A DNA stretch of 64,000 bases from Methanosarcinales archaeon Met12 (GTDB lineage Archaea > Halobacteriota > UBA148 > JAJOKI01), in the NCBI GenBank assembly GCA_002813105.2, contig CP017966.2:790745-854744 (forward strand), read 5' to 3'. The notes beneath the pieces are model-generated. The model was given only the letters and a program-made list of their open reading frames with translations, did not search any database and was not told where the DNA came from. Below are positions 35,701-44,480 of the stretch, one piece after another; within the stretch, counting starts at the first letter, position 1, and each line of letters starts with the position of its first letter. A program made the position numbers and the translations under genes.

Positions 35701-38700
35701 TTCCCAATCCCAAACTCCATCTCGATGTTTTCTATGGTCCATTTCTTTACCAAATCGCCTTTTATCGTGATATCTATGCCCATATTCAGACTCTCTGCCC
35801 TGACCTCGCCTGAGATGAAATCTCTCCATGCACTCATTAAACCAACCACTCGCCCATCCTGGATTCTCATGGACACGTCTATTTTGTCCATCATATCGAG
35901 GTTCAGCTCGCGTCGCATGTCCTGAATGCGTCTGATGACCTCTCTGGCATACCCCTCTGCAATGAGTTCATCGGTCAACTCGACATCCACGTATATGCGC
36001 CCGCCAGAGAACTCTGCCACGCTGATGTGTTCGGGAACGCTCTCCTCAAATCCAACCATCTCCTCGGTGATGAGGACCTCACCGTCAGGTAGTTTGAGTT
36101 CGTATCCCCTAGCAATTTTCCTTTTTACTACCCTGCCATCGATCTTTTTGAGCGCATCGATGACCTTGCCAGCCCTTCCCTTGAACTCCGGTCCGATGCG
36201 ATTGGGGTTCGGAACGACCTTGAGTCCGAGCTCCTCCCACTCCTCTCCCGCCTCGAGTACGATGAGCTCCTTTGTATTTGCCTGCTCCTTGATAACGCTT
36301 TCAAGTGATTTGACCGCCTTGTTCACGGCGTCGTTATCTGGCGCTATCACGATTACCTTCACAGGCCACCTCAGCTTCCGCTTGGCCTTCTGGCGCGCAT
36401 TCGAGGCGGCTTCAACCACCCTCCGTGCGACATCCATATGCGCTTCAAGAGTTTTATTTATCGACTTTTTGTCTGCGACCGTCCAGTCGCACATATGCAC
36501 GGTAGGCAGCCGCATTGCGACATCGCCTTCATGACTCACGTTCTGGTAGATGTCCTCTGCAATGAACGGCGTAAAGGGCGCCATCAGCTTGACAATGGTA
36601 TCCGTCACAGCCCATATCGTGCGATATGCCGCGAACTTGTCTGGGTCATCTTCCTCTATCCACATCCTCGGGCGTATCAATCTGATGTACCAGCGCGACA
36701 AATCCTCCACTATGAAATTCTGGAGCGCTCTGGTCGCTCGGTGCAGCTCATACCTGGCCATCGCATCCTCTACTTCTAAAATCAGCGAATTAACCTTTGA
36801 TAGGACCCATTTATCCTCAATCCTGAGATGTGATTTCACGGATTCCGACGACACAGCAGAGGGGTCGAAATTGTCAAGCGCCATATAGGGAAGCGGAAAG
36901 CGATACACGTTCCATAGAATGTTCAACATGCGATGCGCATTCTGGACATCCTCTATGATAAATCGAAGGTCTTCCCACGGCGCGTTTGATGAAAGGACAT
37001 AAAAGCGCAGCGTATCCGCGCCGTACCTGTTGATGACATCCTCTGGCGTCACCACATTCCCCATACTTTTGGACATCTTCCTGCCGAGGTCGTCCAGCGT
37101 GAAGCCGTGCATTAACACGCTCTTGTAGGGCGCCCGGCCAAACGCTATCATGGATGCGCCAAGCTGCGAATAGAACCACCCTCTCGTCTGGTCATGTCCC
37201 TCGGTGATGAAGTCCGCAGGCCACCATGTATCGAACGCCCCTGATTTGTGCGGGAAGTCCAGCCCAGCCCATGAAGCAATCGCTGAATCGAACCAGACGT
37301 CGAAAACGTCCTCCACTCTGCGCATATCCTCGGTGCATTTTGGACATTTTAAACGGATTTTATCCAGGTCTGGTCGATGCAGTTCCATATCGTCAGGAAG
37401 GTCGCCTGCCCTTTTCTCGAGCTCATCACGCGTTCCGATCACGTCCATGCTACCGCACTCGCATATCCATATCGGCAGCGGGATGCCCCAGTATCTCTGG
37501 CGCGATATGCACCAATCTCTGGCGCCCTCTATCCAGTCCTTAAACCTGGCAGAGCCTGCCCATCTTGGATGCCATTCGACCTTCTCGATTTCCTTCAGCA
37601 TCGAATCCTTCAACTCCGAGACCTTGAGGAACCACTGCTCCGTCGCCAGATAGATAATGGGAGTTTTACAGCGCCAGCAGTGGCCGTATCTGTGCGTAAC
37701 ATTTCCATGCGCCAGCAGCACGCCTTTTTTATCAAGGTCTTCTATGACCTGCGGGTTTGCATCGAAAACATACATGTCCACATACTTGCCTGCATATGCC
37801 GTATAACGTCCATCAGGTCCCACAGGACAAAAGATGGGCAGTTCGTGCTCCGTACCCAATCCAAAGTCGTCCATACCATGTCCTGGAGCGATGTGCACGC
37901 ATCCAGTATTTTCGACGGTCACAAAATCGGCAAGATATACCTTGTGCTCAAAGCCTGCCTGCGCTGGAACGACATCACTTAAAGGATTTTCATACTCAAG
38001 CCCGACCAGGTCCCTGCCACGCATTGTTTCGAGAACCTCGTAATCCTGATAGTGCCCCTCCTTCAGAACGTTCTCGACCAGTTCTGATGCCATGATCAAT
38101 ATCTCGTCCCGGTTTTCGTCCCATGCACGCACCTTTGAATACTTAAAATCCGAATGCACCGCAACCGCTATGTTGGAAGGGATTGTCCACGGAGTTGTCG
38201 TCCAGATTACGATGTGGGTGTCGTCCTCTCCGACAAGTCGAAACTCCTTTGGAGTTTCAGACAGTCGGGAAATCTTCGATTTCCGACTTACTGGAAATTT
38301 GACATAAATCGAGGGGTCGGTTCGATCCCAGTACTCGACCTCGGAATCCGCGATAGCGGTTTCACACCGCGAACACCAGTTGACAACCCTTTTGCCCCCC
38401 TCGAGCAGTCCCTTTTTGTGTGCCTGTTTTATCGTCCACCAGGCAGCTTCGATGTAACCGTCATCAATCGTCATGTAGGGGTCATCCCAGTCAAGCCATG
38501 CGCCGAGTCGCTTAAACTGCGCTGTCATCTGTTCCTTATTCTGGAGGGCAAAGCGCTTGCACTCATCGATAAATCGATCGGAACCATATGCTTCGATATC
38601 CTTTTTCGTCTTGAAACCGAGATGCTCCTCCACTTTGACCTCGATGGGGAGGCCGTGCATATCCCATCCTGCTCTGTCCAGGACGTCAAATCCCTTCATC

Positions 38701-38924
38701 GATTTAAAGCGCAATACCACATCCTTGATGATCTTATTCCATGCGGTACCGAGGTGAATGGCTCCCGTCGTATATGGCGGACCATCCACAAAATAAAATC
38801 GCTGGCTGCCCTTCCGATGTTCTCGCGTGCGCTTGTACGCCTCCGCCTCATTCCACTGTCGGATAACCCGTTCTTCTACCTTGTGTGAATCATATTGTCC
38901 TGCCACTTCTTCCTTCACGTCCAT
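35685..38924 (-). CDS. ileS: isoleucine--tRNA ligase
   Basis: 1079 aa. HLGTAW (HIGH), KMSKSMGN (KMSKS), the editing domain and C-terminal zinc knuckles. Confidence 0.95.
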   Translation of the reverse strand: MDVKEEVAGQYDSHKVEERVIRQWNEAEAYKRTREHRKGSQRFYFVDGPPYTTGAIHLGTAWNKIIKDVVLRFKSMKGFDVLDRAGWDMHGLPIEVKVEEHLGFKTKKDIEAYGSDRFIDECKRFALQNKEQMTAQFKRLGAWLDWDDPYMTIDDGYIEAAWWTIKQAHKKGLLEGGKRVVNWCSRCETAIADSEVEYWDRTDPSIYVKFPVSRKSKISRLSETPKEFRLVGEDDTHIVIWTTTPWTIPSNIAVAVHSDFKYSKVRAWDENRDEILIMASELVENVLKEGHYQDYEVLETMRGRDLVGLEYENPLSDVVPAQAGFEHKVYLADFVTVENTGCVHIAPGHGMDDFGLGTEHELPIFCPVGPDGRYTAYAGKYVDMYVFDANPQVIEDLDKKGVLLAHGNVTHRYGHCWRCKTPIIYLATEQWFLKVSELKDSMLKEIEKVEWHPRWAGSARFKDWIEGARDWCISRQRYWGIPLPIWICECGSMDVIGTRDELEKRAGDLPDDMELHRPDLDKIRLKCPKCTEDMRRVEDVFDVWFDSAIASWAGLDFPHKSGAFDTWWPADFITEGHDQTRGWFYSQLGASMIAFGRAPYKSVLMHGFTLDDLGRKMSKSMGNVVTPEDVINRYGADTLRFYVLSSNAPWEDLRFIIEDVQNAHRMLNILWNVYRFPLPYMALDNFDPSAVSSESVKSHLRIEDKWVLSKVNSLILEVEDAMARYELHRATRALQNFIVEDLSRWYIRLIRPRMWIEEDDPDKFAAYRTIWAVTDTIVKLMAPFTPFIAEDIYQNVSHEGDVAMRLPTVHMCDWTVADKKSINKTLEAHMDVARRVVEAASNARQKAKRKLRWPVKVIVIAPDNDAVNKAVKSLESVIKEQANTKELIVLEAGEEWEELGLKVVPNPNRIGPEFKGRAGKVIDALKKIDGRVVKRKIARGYELKLPDGEVLITEEMVGFEESVPEHISVAEFSGGRIYVDVELTDELIAEGYAREVIRRIQDMRRELNLDMMDKIDVSMRIQDGRVVGLMSAWRDFISGEVRAESLNMGIDITIKGDLVKKWTIENIEMEFGIGKCEMK
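38233..38288. repeat. 56-nt double-hairpin element inside the ileS CDS (antisense)
   Basis: ACAAGTCGAAACTCCTTTGGAGTTTCAGACAGTCGGGAAATCTTCGATTTCCGACT, 52/56 identical to 44564-44619. Confidence 0.85.
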
Positions 38925-39058
38925 ACCTCAACTGCTGCGTTTCTGAAATGCTTGTATCCTAATTAAAGATTTCAGTATGACATATGTTTTAAATAACGCC
39001 GAGGAAAGTTATATCTCACATATATGAATATGATATACTAAATACAGGGGGCACGAGG

Positions 39059-40042
39059 ATTAAAGAAGTAATCTGGACCGAGAAATATCGACCGAGGACC
39101 TTGAAGGATGTTTTAGGGCAGGACGCCATAATCGAGCGCCTGCAATCATATGTTAAATCCGGCAGCCTGCCGCACCTGCTTTTTTCTGGTCCGCCGGGGG
39201 TTGGCAAGACGGCATCGGCAATCGCCATCGCAAGGGAGATGTTCGGAGAGGTGTGGAGAAGCAACTTTACAGAGCTCAATGCCTCGGATGAAAGGGGCAT
39301 CGATGTCGTGCGAAATAAGATAAAGAACTTCGCCAGGACAGCTTCCCTGGGCAAAGCCGCGTTCAAGATAATATTTCTCGACGAAGCGGATGCCCTCACC
39401 CACGATGCACAATCTGCACTGCGCCGAACCATGGAGCGCTACACCAGCACGTGTAGATTCATTCTGAGCTGTAACTATTCGTCTAAAATCATCGAACCGA
39501 TTCAGTCCAGATGTGCTGTATATCGATTCAAGCCGATATCTGACGAGGCCGTTGAGAAGTGCATCAGGCAGATTGCAAAAGAAGAGGGCTTGCAGCTCAT
39601 GGACGACGGAATAGAAGCCATCAAATATGTGACGAGAGGGGATATGCGCAAGGCGATAAATTCGCTGCAGTCCGCTGCAGTTATGGGCAAAAAGATCGAT
39701 GCAGATATGATATACCAGACAACCGCCACGGCATGCCCTGGAGAGATGAACGAATTGATCGAGTTATCTCTGAAAGGCGATTTTATGGGGGCAAGGGATA
39801 AATTGGATGCACTGCTCATAGACCACGGTATGGCTGGCGAAGATGTAATATATCAAGTTCACAGGGCAATAATGGACTTCGGCGACATTTCGGACAATCT
39901 GAGAGTCCAGCTGCTTGACAAAATTGGCGAGATTGACTTCAGGCTAACAGAAGGCGCAAACGAAAGAATACAATTGGAGGCGCTGATAGCCCATTTCATG
40001 CTGGTGTTGAAATCCCATAGGGATTACAACTCTCGCAGATGA
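39059..40042 (+). CDS. rfcS: replication factor C small subunit
   Basis: Walker A GPPGVGKT, FLDEADALT and the SRC motif QSRCAVYRF. The conserved IWTEKYRP is encoded upstream of the first canonical start (TTG 39101), so the true start is unresolved. Confidence 0.9.
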   Translation: MKEVIWTEKYRPRTLKDVLGQDAIIERLQSYVKSGSLPHLLFSGPPGVGKTASAIAIAREMFGEVWRSNFTELNASDERGIDVVRNKIKNFARTASLGKAAFKIIFLDEADALTHDAQSALRRTMERYTSTCRFILSCNYSSKIIEPIQSRCAVYRFKPISDEAVEKCIRQIAKEEGLQLMDDGIEAIKYVTRGDMRKAINSLQSAAVMGKKIDADMIYQTTATACPGEMNELIELSLKGDFMGARDKLDALLIDHGMAGEDVIYQVHRAIMDFGDISDNLRVQLLDKIGEIDFRLTEGANERIQLEALIAHFMLVLKSHRDYNSRR

Positions 40043-40054
40043 AACATCTGCGAC
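40006..40054. repeat. 49-nt H2-H1 composite palindromic element overlapping the rfcS 3' end
   Basis: GTTGAAATCCCATAGGGATTACAACTCTCGCAGATGAAACATCTGCGAC. It encodes the last 12 codons and the stop of rfcS. Confidence 0.8.
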
Positions 40055-40114
40055 ACTGGGAAGAAGTAGGTTTCTTTGTTTTACATACTACGCCGTGAGA
40101 TATTCTGTGCCTGA

Positions 40115-40209
40115 TTTTATCAAAACTTTGAGTACAAAGTTTTTATCAAAACTTTGAGTACAAAGTTTTTATCAAAACTTTGAGTACAAAGTTTTTATCA
40201 AAACTTTGA
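40115..40209. repeat. 26-nt tandem repeat, 3 full copies plus a partial one
   Basis: TTTTATCAAAACTTTGAGTACAAAGT x3 plus a 17-nt partial. Each unit contains the ACTTTG AGTA CAAAGT hairpin. The last copies form the 3' end of the DUF2283 gene. Confidence 0.9.
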
Positions 40210-40396
40210 CTGGAGGGACCTCTCCTTCTGGCATGACGTTAAATTTTTCAAAACCGATGACCTCGCCCGTCTTGATGTCTTTTTTGATCAGAAACTCTTC
40301 TTCGGTTTCCTCACAAACTGCTTCCTTAGGCTCACCAAACCACACATCCAACGTATTTCCAACTTTATCAAATATTACTAGGACTTCTTTTGCCAT
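40172..40396 (-). CDS. DUF2283-like small protein
   Basis: 74 aa. GNTLDVWFGEPKEAV...DIKTGEVIGFEKFN pattern. Confidence 0.6.
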   Translation of the reverse strand: MAKEVLVIFDKVGNTLDVWFGEPKEAVCEETEEEFLIKKDIKTGEVIGFEKFNVMPEGEVPPVKVLIKTLYSKF

Positions 40397-40704
40397 ATGA
40401 TGTTCCCCTTCTTTATTTTGTCTGCGAGGTATGCACTAATTATGAATCCCTCACTATTTAATCGTTTGGTCAACACGCAAATATAACGCATCTTTAACCT
40501 TCTATACTGTTTATAGTATAGGAAAACTGTGGAATCTTTCTTGCTTACTCTAACCTCGTCTGGATCTTGAAGCGTCTCTTTAACCTCATTTTCATACTTT
40601 TTAATTATGGGGTGTTTTAATTCGGTGATGAGCTCCCAGTACTCCTCAGTGGTTCTGATCATAACATCCAACGTCGATCTAACCTCAAATCTGATTTTGT
40701 TCAC
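40378..40704 (-). CDS. hypothetical protein, possible toxin partner of the DUF2283 gene
   Basis: 108 aa. Overlaps the downstream DUF2283 gene by 19 nt. No motif recognised. Confidence 0.45.
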   Translation of the reverse strand: MNKIRFEVRSTLDVMIRTTEEYWELITELKHPIIKKYENEVKETLQDPDEVRVSKKDSTVFLYYKQYRRLKMRYICVLTKRLNSEGFIISAYLADKIKKGNIIWQKKS

Positions 40705-41177
40705 CTACTTTCACTTTTACATTCAATCAACGACTGATACACCTCATCCGCCAGGTCTTCGATGTCGGCACCTCTATCCTTCGCCACCAGGAGCGCAGAA
40801 ACCTCAATCTCAATCAGCTTCGCCATGCGTTCTTGTTTTTCGTTCACCAATGCAATGACATCTTTTCTACTCAGCCCGGTCGTCATGACCCTCTCGATGA
40901 TGCGCTCAAAGATAGACCGCTCACTTTTCATGTCAGGTCTGAAGCCCAGCGGTATCTCGATTACTTTGAAGTCGAAACTCGGGCTGATTTTGTCATCTTT
41001 TATGGATACTAAACTTTCCTCCTTTGCTTTACTAAGAACTTCTTTTGCCTGTTCTGGCGAGAACCAGCCAAGGTCCAGAGAGAGGGCAAATATGAATTCG
41101 CTGGTTGTGAGGCAGTCCTTTCCCCTCTTTCTAAATGGCATTGCAACGGTCATCATCAAGTCGGTCATTTGATACAC
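40701..41177 (-). CDS. conserved archaeal hypothetical protein (DUF2240-like?)
   Basis: 158 aa, helical and acidic. Family recollection is uncertain. Confidence 0.45.
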   Translation of the reverse strand: MYQMTDLMMTVAMPFRKRGKDCLTTSEFIFALSLDLGWFSPEQAKEVLSKAKEESLVSIKDDKISPSFDFKVIEIPLGFRPDMKSERSIFERIIERVMTTGLSRKDVIALVNEKQERMAKLIEIEVSALLVAKDRGADIEDLADEVYQSLIECKSESR

Positions 41178-41225
41178 ATCCTATCAATATCGGTAGCGAC
41201 AGGATGAATTAAAAAACTTTGGGGT

Positions 41226-41281
41226 GCAACACCGACTAACTTAGAAGAGTTAGACGGACTCACAGATGTTTCATCTGTGAC
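41226..41281. repeat. X hairpin plus H1 hairpin unit
   Basis: GCAAC A CCGACTAACTTAGAAGAGTTAGACGG AC TCACAGATGTTTCATCTGTGA C, in the divergent spacer upstream of rps8e. Confidence 0.7.
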
Positions 41282-41359
41282 ACCAACTATCCGAAAGATA
41301 CAAATAACATTCTGTGTTTATTATGTGGAATATGGAATGTAGAATATGGAGGTTCAGCG

Positions 41360-41737
41360 ATGAGATGGCAGGGTGAATCAACGCGCAGGAAGACGGGCGG
41401 TCGGTTGAAACTGGCGAGAGGCAAGAAAAAGCACGAGATGGGCCGTGAGGTTACAGAGTCCCACATCGGCGAGATTCGGCGAAAGAAAGTACGCGTCAGA
41501 GGAGGCGGCATCAAGATGCGTGTTCTCCGGAGTGACGTTGCCAATGTCACAGACCCCAAGACAGGCGAGACGAAAGTAGCCAAGATTGAAACAGTAGAGG
41601 CAAATCCCGCAAACCAGCACTACGTTCGCCGTAATATTCTGACCAAGGGCGCAATAATACGAACTGAGTTAGGCAAAGTAAGGATAACCAGTCGACCAGG
41701 ACAGGACGGCATGGTGAATGCTGTACTGGTTGAGTAG
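41360..41737 (+). CDS. rps8e: 30S ribosomal protein S8e
   Basis: [35 protein letters not shown] lies upstream. Confidence 0.9.
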   Translation: MRWQGESTRRKTGGRLKLARGKKKHEMGREVTESHIGEIRRKKVRVRGGGIKMRVLRSDVANVTDPKTGETKVAKIETVEANPANQHYVRRNILTKGAIIRTELGKVRITSRPGQDGMVNAVLVE

Positions 41738-41747
41738 CTCGAATAGA

Positions 41748-42731
41748 TTATACTATCCTAACCCCATCTCCAATCCCTGTACGAATGGTCTTAAGCCCCA
41801 AGGAGCCTATCCGCTCCTGTACCTCTGGTATGCGCTCTGGATAGGTATTGATGAACACCGATGGTCCTGTTTGCATCGAAAAATACGCTGGAATGCCCTC
41901 TTGGCGCATCTTTCTGACCTCTGTGATAACCTGAATGCTCTCTGGTTTATATGCAATCAACCCATGTTTTCCTGTCATCGTCAGTCCGTGTAATTCAAGT
42001 GAGTCTATTTCTACCAAATGCGCAACCTTTTCCAGATTACCTGCTTTGATTGCGGTTTCCATTTCTCCGATTCGCATATTGGCGCTCTTGATACGTGCCT
42101 CGAAGAACGGCGATGTGGTTACATCCGAATGCACATCTTCTGTTCGGATATCTGAAGGTACTGGAACTATCAGTATTCCCATATCCAAATCAGATTTGGT
42201 GGCTATCTTTTCTGCATACGAACTTTCATCGTCTTTTCCAGTATACCAGCGCGCATATTCGCCTGCGACACTTCTGGATGCGGACCCGGCGAGCCTCCTC
42301 GCTATTCTGGATATGATTTTAAGGTCCCATCCATATCTCTCGTCCAGGTTCGCTGCCTTAAATGCGGCTCCTGCAAGTGCGGCTCCACCAGCCGATGAGA
42401 AGCCCAAACCTTTCGCCTCACTATAACTTAAACTGTTCTCAGATACTGCCCTGCATCTCTCTGTGAGCTCTGCCAATTCCCGTACCCTATCTATGACCCT
42501 CAGACATCTCCGGAGTGCCGCTCCCCCTTCCACCATCTCTTTACCGTTCATCATAACGATGTCCTGCTCGAAATCGCCAAACTCTACCGTCGTCTTTGTA
42601 TGGAGTGCATCGACATTGACGGAGATGCTGTCGTGGAACGGAATTCGCAATTCTTTATCTATAAGGCCGTGATACTTGAGCAATGCCTGCATTGGATGTG
42701 CTATTGCCGTCGCCTTCATTTTATCCTCCAA
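41748..42731 (-). CDS. mevalonate-pathway decarboxylase (diphospho-/phosphomevalonate decarboxylase family, GHMP fold)
   Basis: 327 aa. AHPMQALLKYHG...GFSSAGGAALAGAA pattern of the MVD family. Substrate specificity is not decidable from sequence. Confidence 0.75.
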   Translation of the reverse strand: MEDKMKATAIAHPMQALLKYHGLIDKELRIPFHDSISVNVDALHTKTTVEFGDFEQDIVMMNGKEMVEGGAALRRCLRVIDRVRELAELTERCRAVSENSLSYSEAKGLGFSSAGGAALAGAAFKAANLDERYGWDLKIISRIARRLAGSASRSVAGEYARWYTGKDDESSYAEKIATKSDLDMGILIVPVPSDIRTEDVHSDVTTSPFFEARIKSANMRIGEMETAIKAGNLEKVAHLVEIDSLELHGLTMTGKHGLIAYKPESIQVITEVRKMRQEGIPAYFSMQTGPSVFINTYPERIPEVQERIGSLGLKTIRTGIGDGVRIV

Positions 42732-42793
42732 GTAGTGATTATCTATGTCAACCTACATAAGTTTAAGAGTAATAAAAATGCGATGTATAGTTT

Positions 42794-43081
42794 ATGCAAA
42801 ATAAGGGAAAAATGGTCATCTGGCCTGCATACGTCGATGGGACCAAGTCCAGGAGCCAGGGCAGGATTATTTCAAAAAAAGATTCCATCTCATCGCCAGA
42901 ACTGGATGAAATCAAAAGGGCTGCTGAAATGCTAGGTCTCTATCCAGAAATAGAGCCAGATAAGGCATATCCTAAATCAGCATGGGAGACCAGCGGACGG
43001 GTAATCATAGATTACAAAGGTCCTAAATCCCTGATCGCAAAGAAAATAGCAAACGAGGTCAATAAATCGAGAAAGAAATAG
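42794..43081 (+). CDS. srp19: signal recognition particle protein SRP19
   Basis: MVIWPAYVDGTKSRSQGRIISKK is the typical SRP19 N-terminus. Confidence 0.85.
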   Translation: MQNKGKMVIWPAYVDGTKSRSQGRIISKKDSISSPELDEIKRAAEMLGLYPEIEPDKAYPKSAWETSGRVIIDYKGPKSLIAKKIANEVNKSRKK

Positions 43082-43083
43082 AC

Positions 43084-43377
43084 TTACCGATCTTGTGGCG
43101 TCTCGACTCCCTCTATTAATTCTTTTCCAGCTGCTACTTCATCGATACTGTGAATCACCGCACCATGATTTTCGATAGTTGATTTTATCGCAGAATAGTT
43201 TATATCGATTCCCTTGATGGTAATCTTAATGTTCTCCGTTTTCTGATCAACTTCATATAGGCTTAGATTGACTCCAGTCACTCCTTTCAATTCACACAGG
43301 CTTTTTGCCAGGTCCATCATTAATGGTTGATGGGGCTTCAAGACATCGAGCACCACTCGCTGTATATTACTACTCAT
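43084..43377 (-). CDS. DUF211-family protein
   Basis: 97 aa. [21 protein letters not shown]...[32 protein letters not shown]. Confidence 0.65.
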   Translation of the reverse strand: MSSNIQRVVLDVLKPHQPLMMDLAKSLCELKGVTGVNLSLYEVDQKTENIKITIKGIDINYSAIKSTIENHGAVIHSIDEVAAGKELIEGVETPQDR

Positions 43378-43445
43378 CGACTTTCACTTTATGATAGCAA
43401 TACCAAAAGGAACACTTATAACTTTTGCGGTAAATGTACCCAATC

Positions 43446-44132
43446 ATGATTGATTTACATTCTCATACGACTTTTAGCGATGGAGAACTGATACCTGCCG
43501 AGTTAGTGCGCCGAGCAGTAGTTCAAGGATATGCGGCAATCGGACTCACTGACCATGTTGACTTTTCCAATGTAGAATATGTCCTGACCAACCTGAAAAA
43601 GATGAACCTCGAAGGAGAAATGAATATACGGGTCGTAATTGGAGTCGAGATTACTCACATACCTCCTGCTAAGATTGAAAAATTGGTGACCAAAGCAAAA
43701 CAGCTTGGAGCAGAACTGATTGTAATACATGGAGAAACCATGATGGAGCCGGTTGCACCTGGGACCAACAGCGCAGCAGTTCGTCTGGGGGATGTGGACA
43801 TATTGTCTCACCCAGGATTCATCTCGATTGAGGATGCCGAAATAGCACGAGATAATGAAGTATATCTTGAGATCACGTCGCGTCAGGGACACTGCATGAC
43901 AAACGGCTATGTCGCAAAAATTGCCAACGAAGCCGGTGCGATGCTGGTGGTAAATTCGGATGCACACAGTCCGACCGACTTGATTACGAAGAAGAAGGCG
44001 GTCGATATTGCGATGGCGGCGGGACTGGATAAAAATGATGCGGATAAGGCGACAGGAGCCAATCCTCTTAAACTGTTGAAGTCCCTTGGGGCGAAGACGG
44101 TCAAGGGCACTGCCTTCGATTACAAATGTTGA
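43446..44132 (+). CDS. PHP-domain phosphoesterase
   Basis: MIDLHSHTTFSDGE...GLTDHVD...VNSDAH metal-ligand pattern. Confidence 0.7.
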   Translation: MIDLHSHTTFSDGELIPAELVRRAVVQGYAAIGLTDHVDFSNVEYVLTNLKKMNLEGEMNIRVVIGVEITHIPPAKIEKLVTKAKQLGAELIVIHGETMMEPVAPGTNSAAVRLGDVDILSHPGFISIEDAEIARDNEVYLEITSRQGHCMTNGYVAKIANEAGAMLVVNSDAHSPTDLITKKKAVDIAMAAGLDKNDADKATGANPLKLLKSLGAKTVKGTAFDYKC

Positions 44133-44228
44133 GACTATTATAAGTCTTGCGAAAGTATTATATACTAAAAGTCACCTTTTTGTTCTACTATTAATTAGAT
44201 ATCCTATTTTTAAAGAGGTCGATATGCA

Positions 44229-44471
44229 TTGAAAAGATTAGGTACGGTTCTTCATCTATTGGGTCATAAGGGCTTGATTGTACGGGGCGAGTCCGACGAT
44301 AAGATGCCAAAGTTGGAATCAGTGGTAGTAATGAACAATATGAAAAGAATCGGAAGGATATATGACGTTTTTGGACCCGTAAGACATCCATATATCTCCA
44401 TCAGACTTTATGATGGCATCAGTATGTCCGATGCATGTGCGCTGAAAGGCCAGCGAGTTTATTCATTATAA
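44229..44471 (+). CDS. gar1: H/ACA RNP protein Gar1
   Basis: (TTG)KRLGTVLHLLGHKGLIVRG...IGRIYDVFGPVRHPYISI. Confidence 0.8.
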   Translation: MKRLGTVLHLLGHKGLIVRGESDDKMPKLESVVVMNNMKRIGRIYDVFGPVRHPYISIRLYDGISMSDACALKGQRVYSL

Positions 44472-44480
44472 TGCAAAAAG

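Noticed and set aside
38311-38335. A tRNA T-loop-like GGTTCGATCCC string.
   Set aside because: It lies inside the ileS coding sequence, and the flanks do not form acceptor, D or anticodon arms. I saw no convincing tRNA or rRNA anywhere in the window.
40115-40209. Possible CRISPR array, considering both the 26-nt tandem repeats here and the dispersed GTTGAAAT...ACAAC hairpins elsewhere.
   Set aside because: The tandem units are contiguous with no spacers. The GTTGAA-type hairpins are solitary, not regularly spaced, and no cas genes are present.
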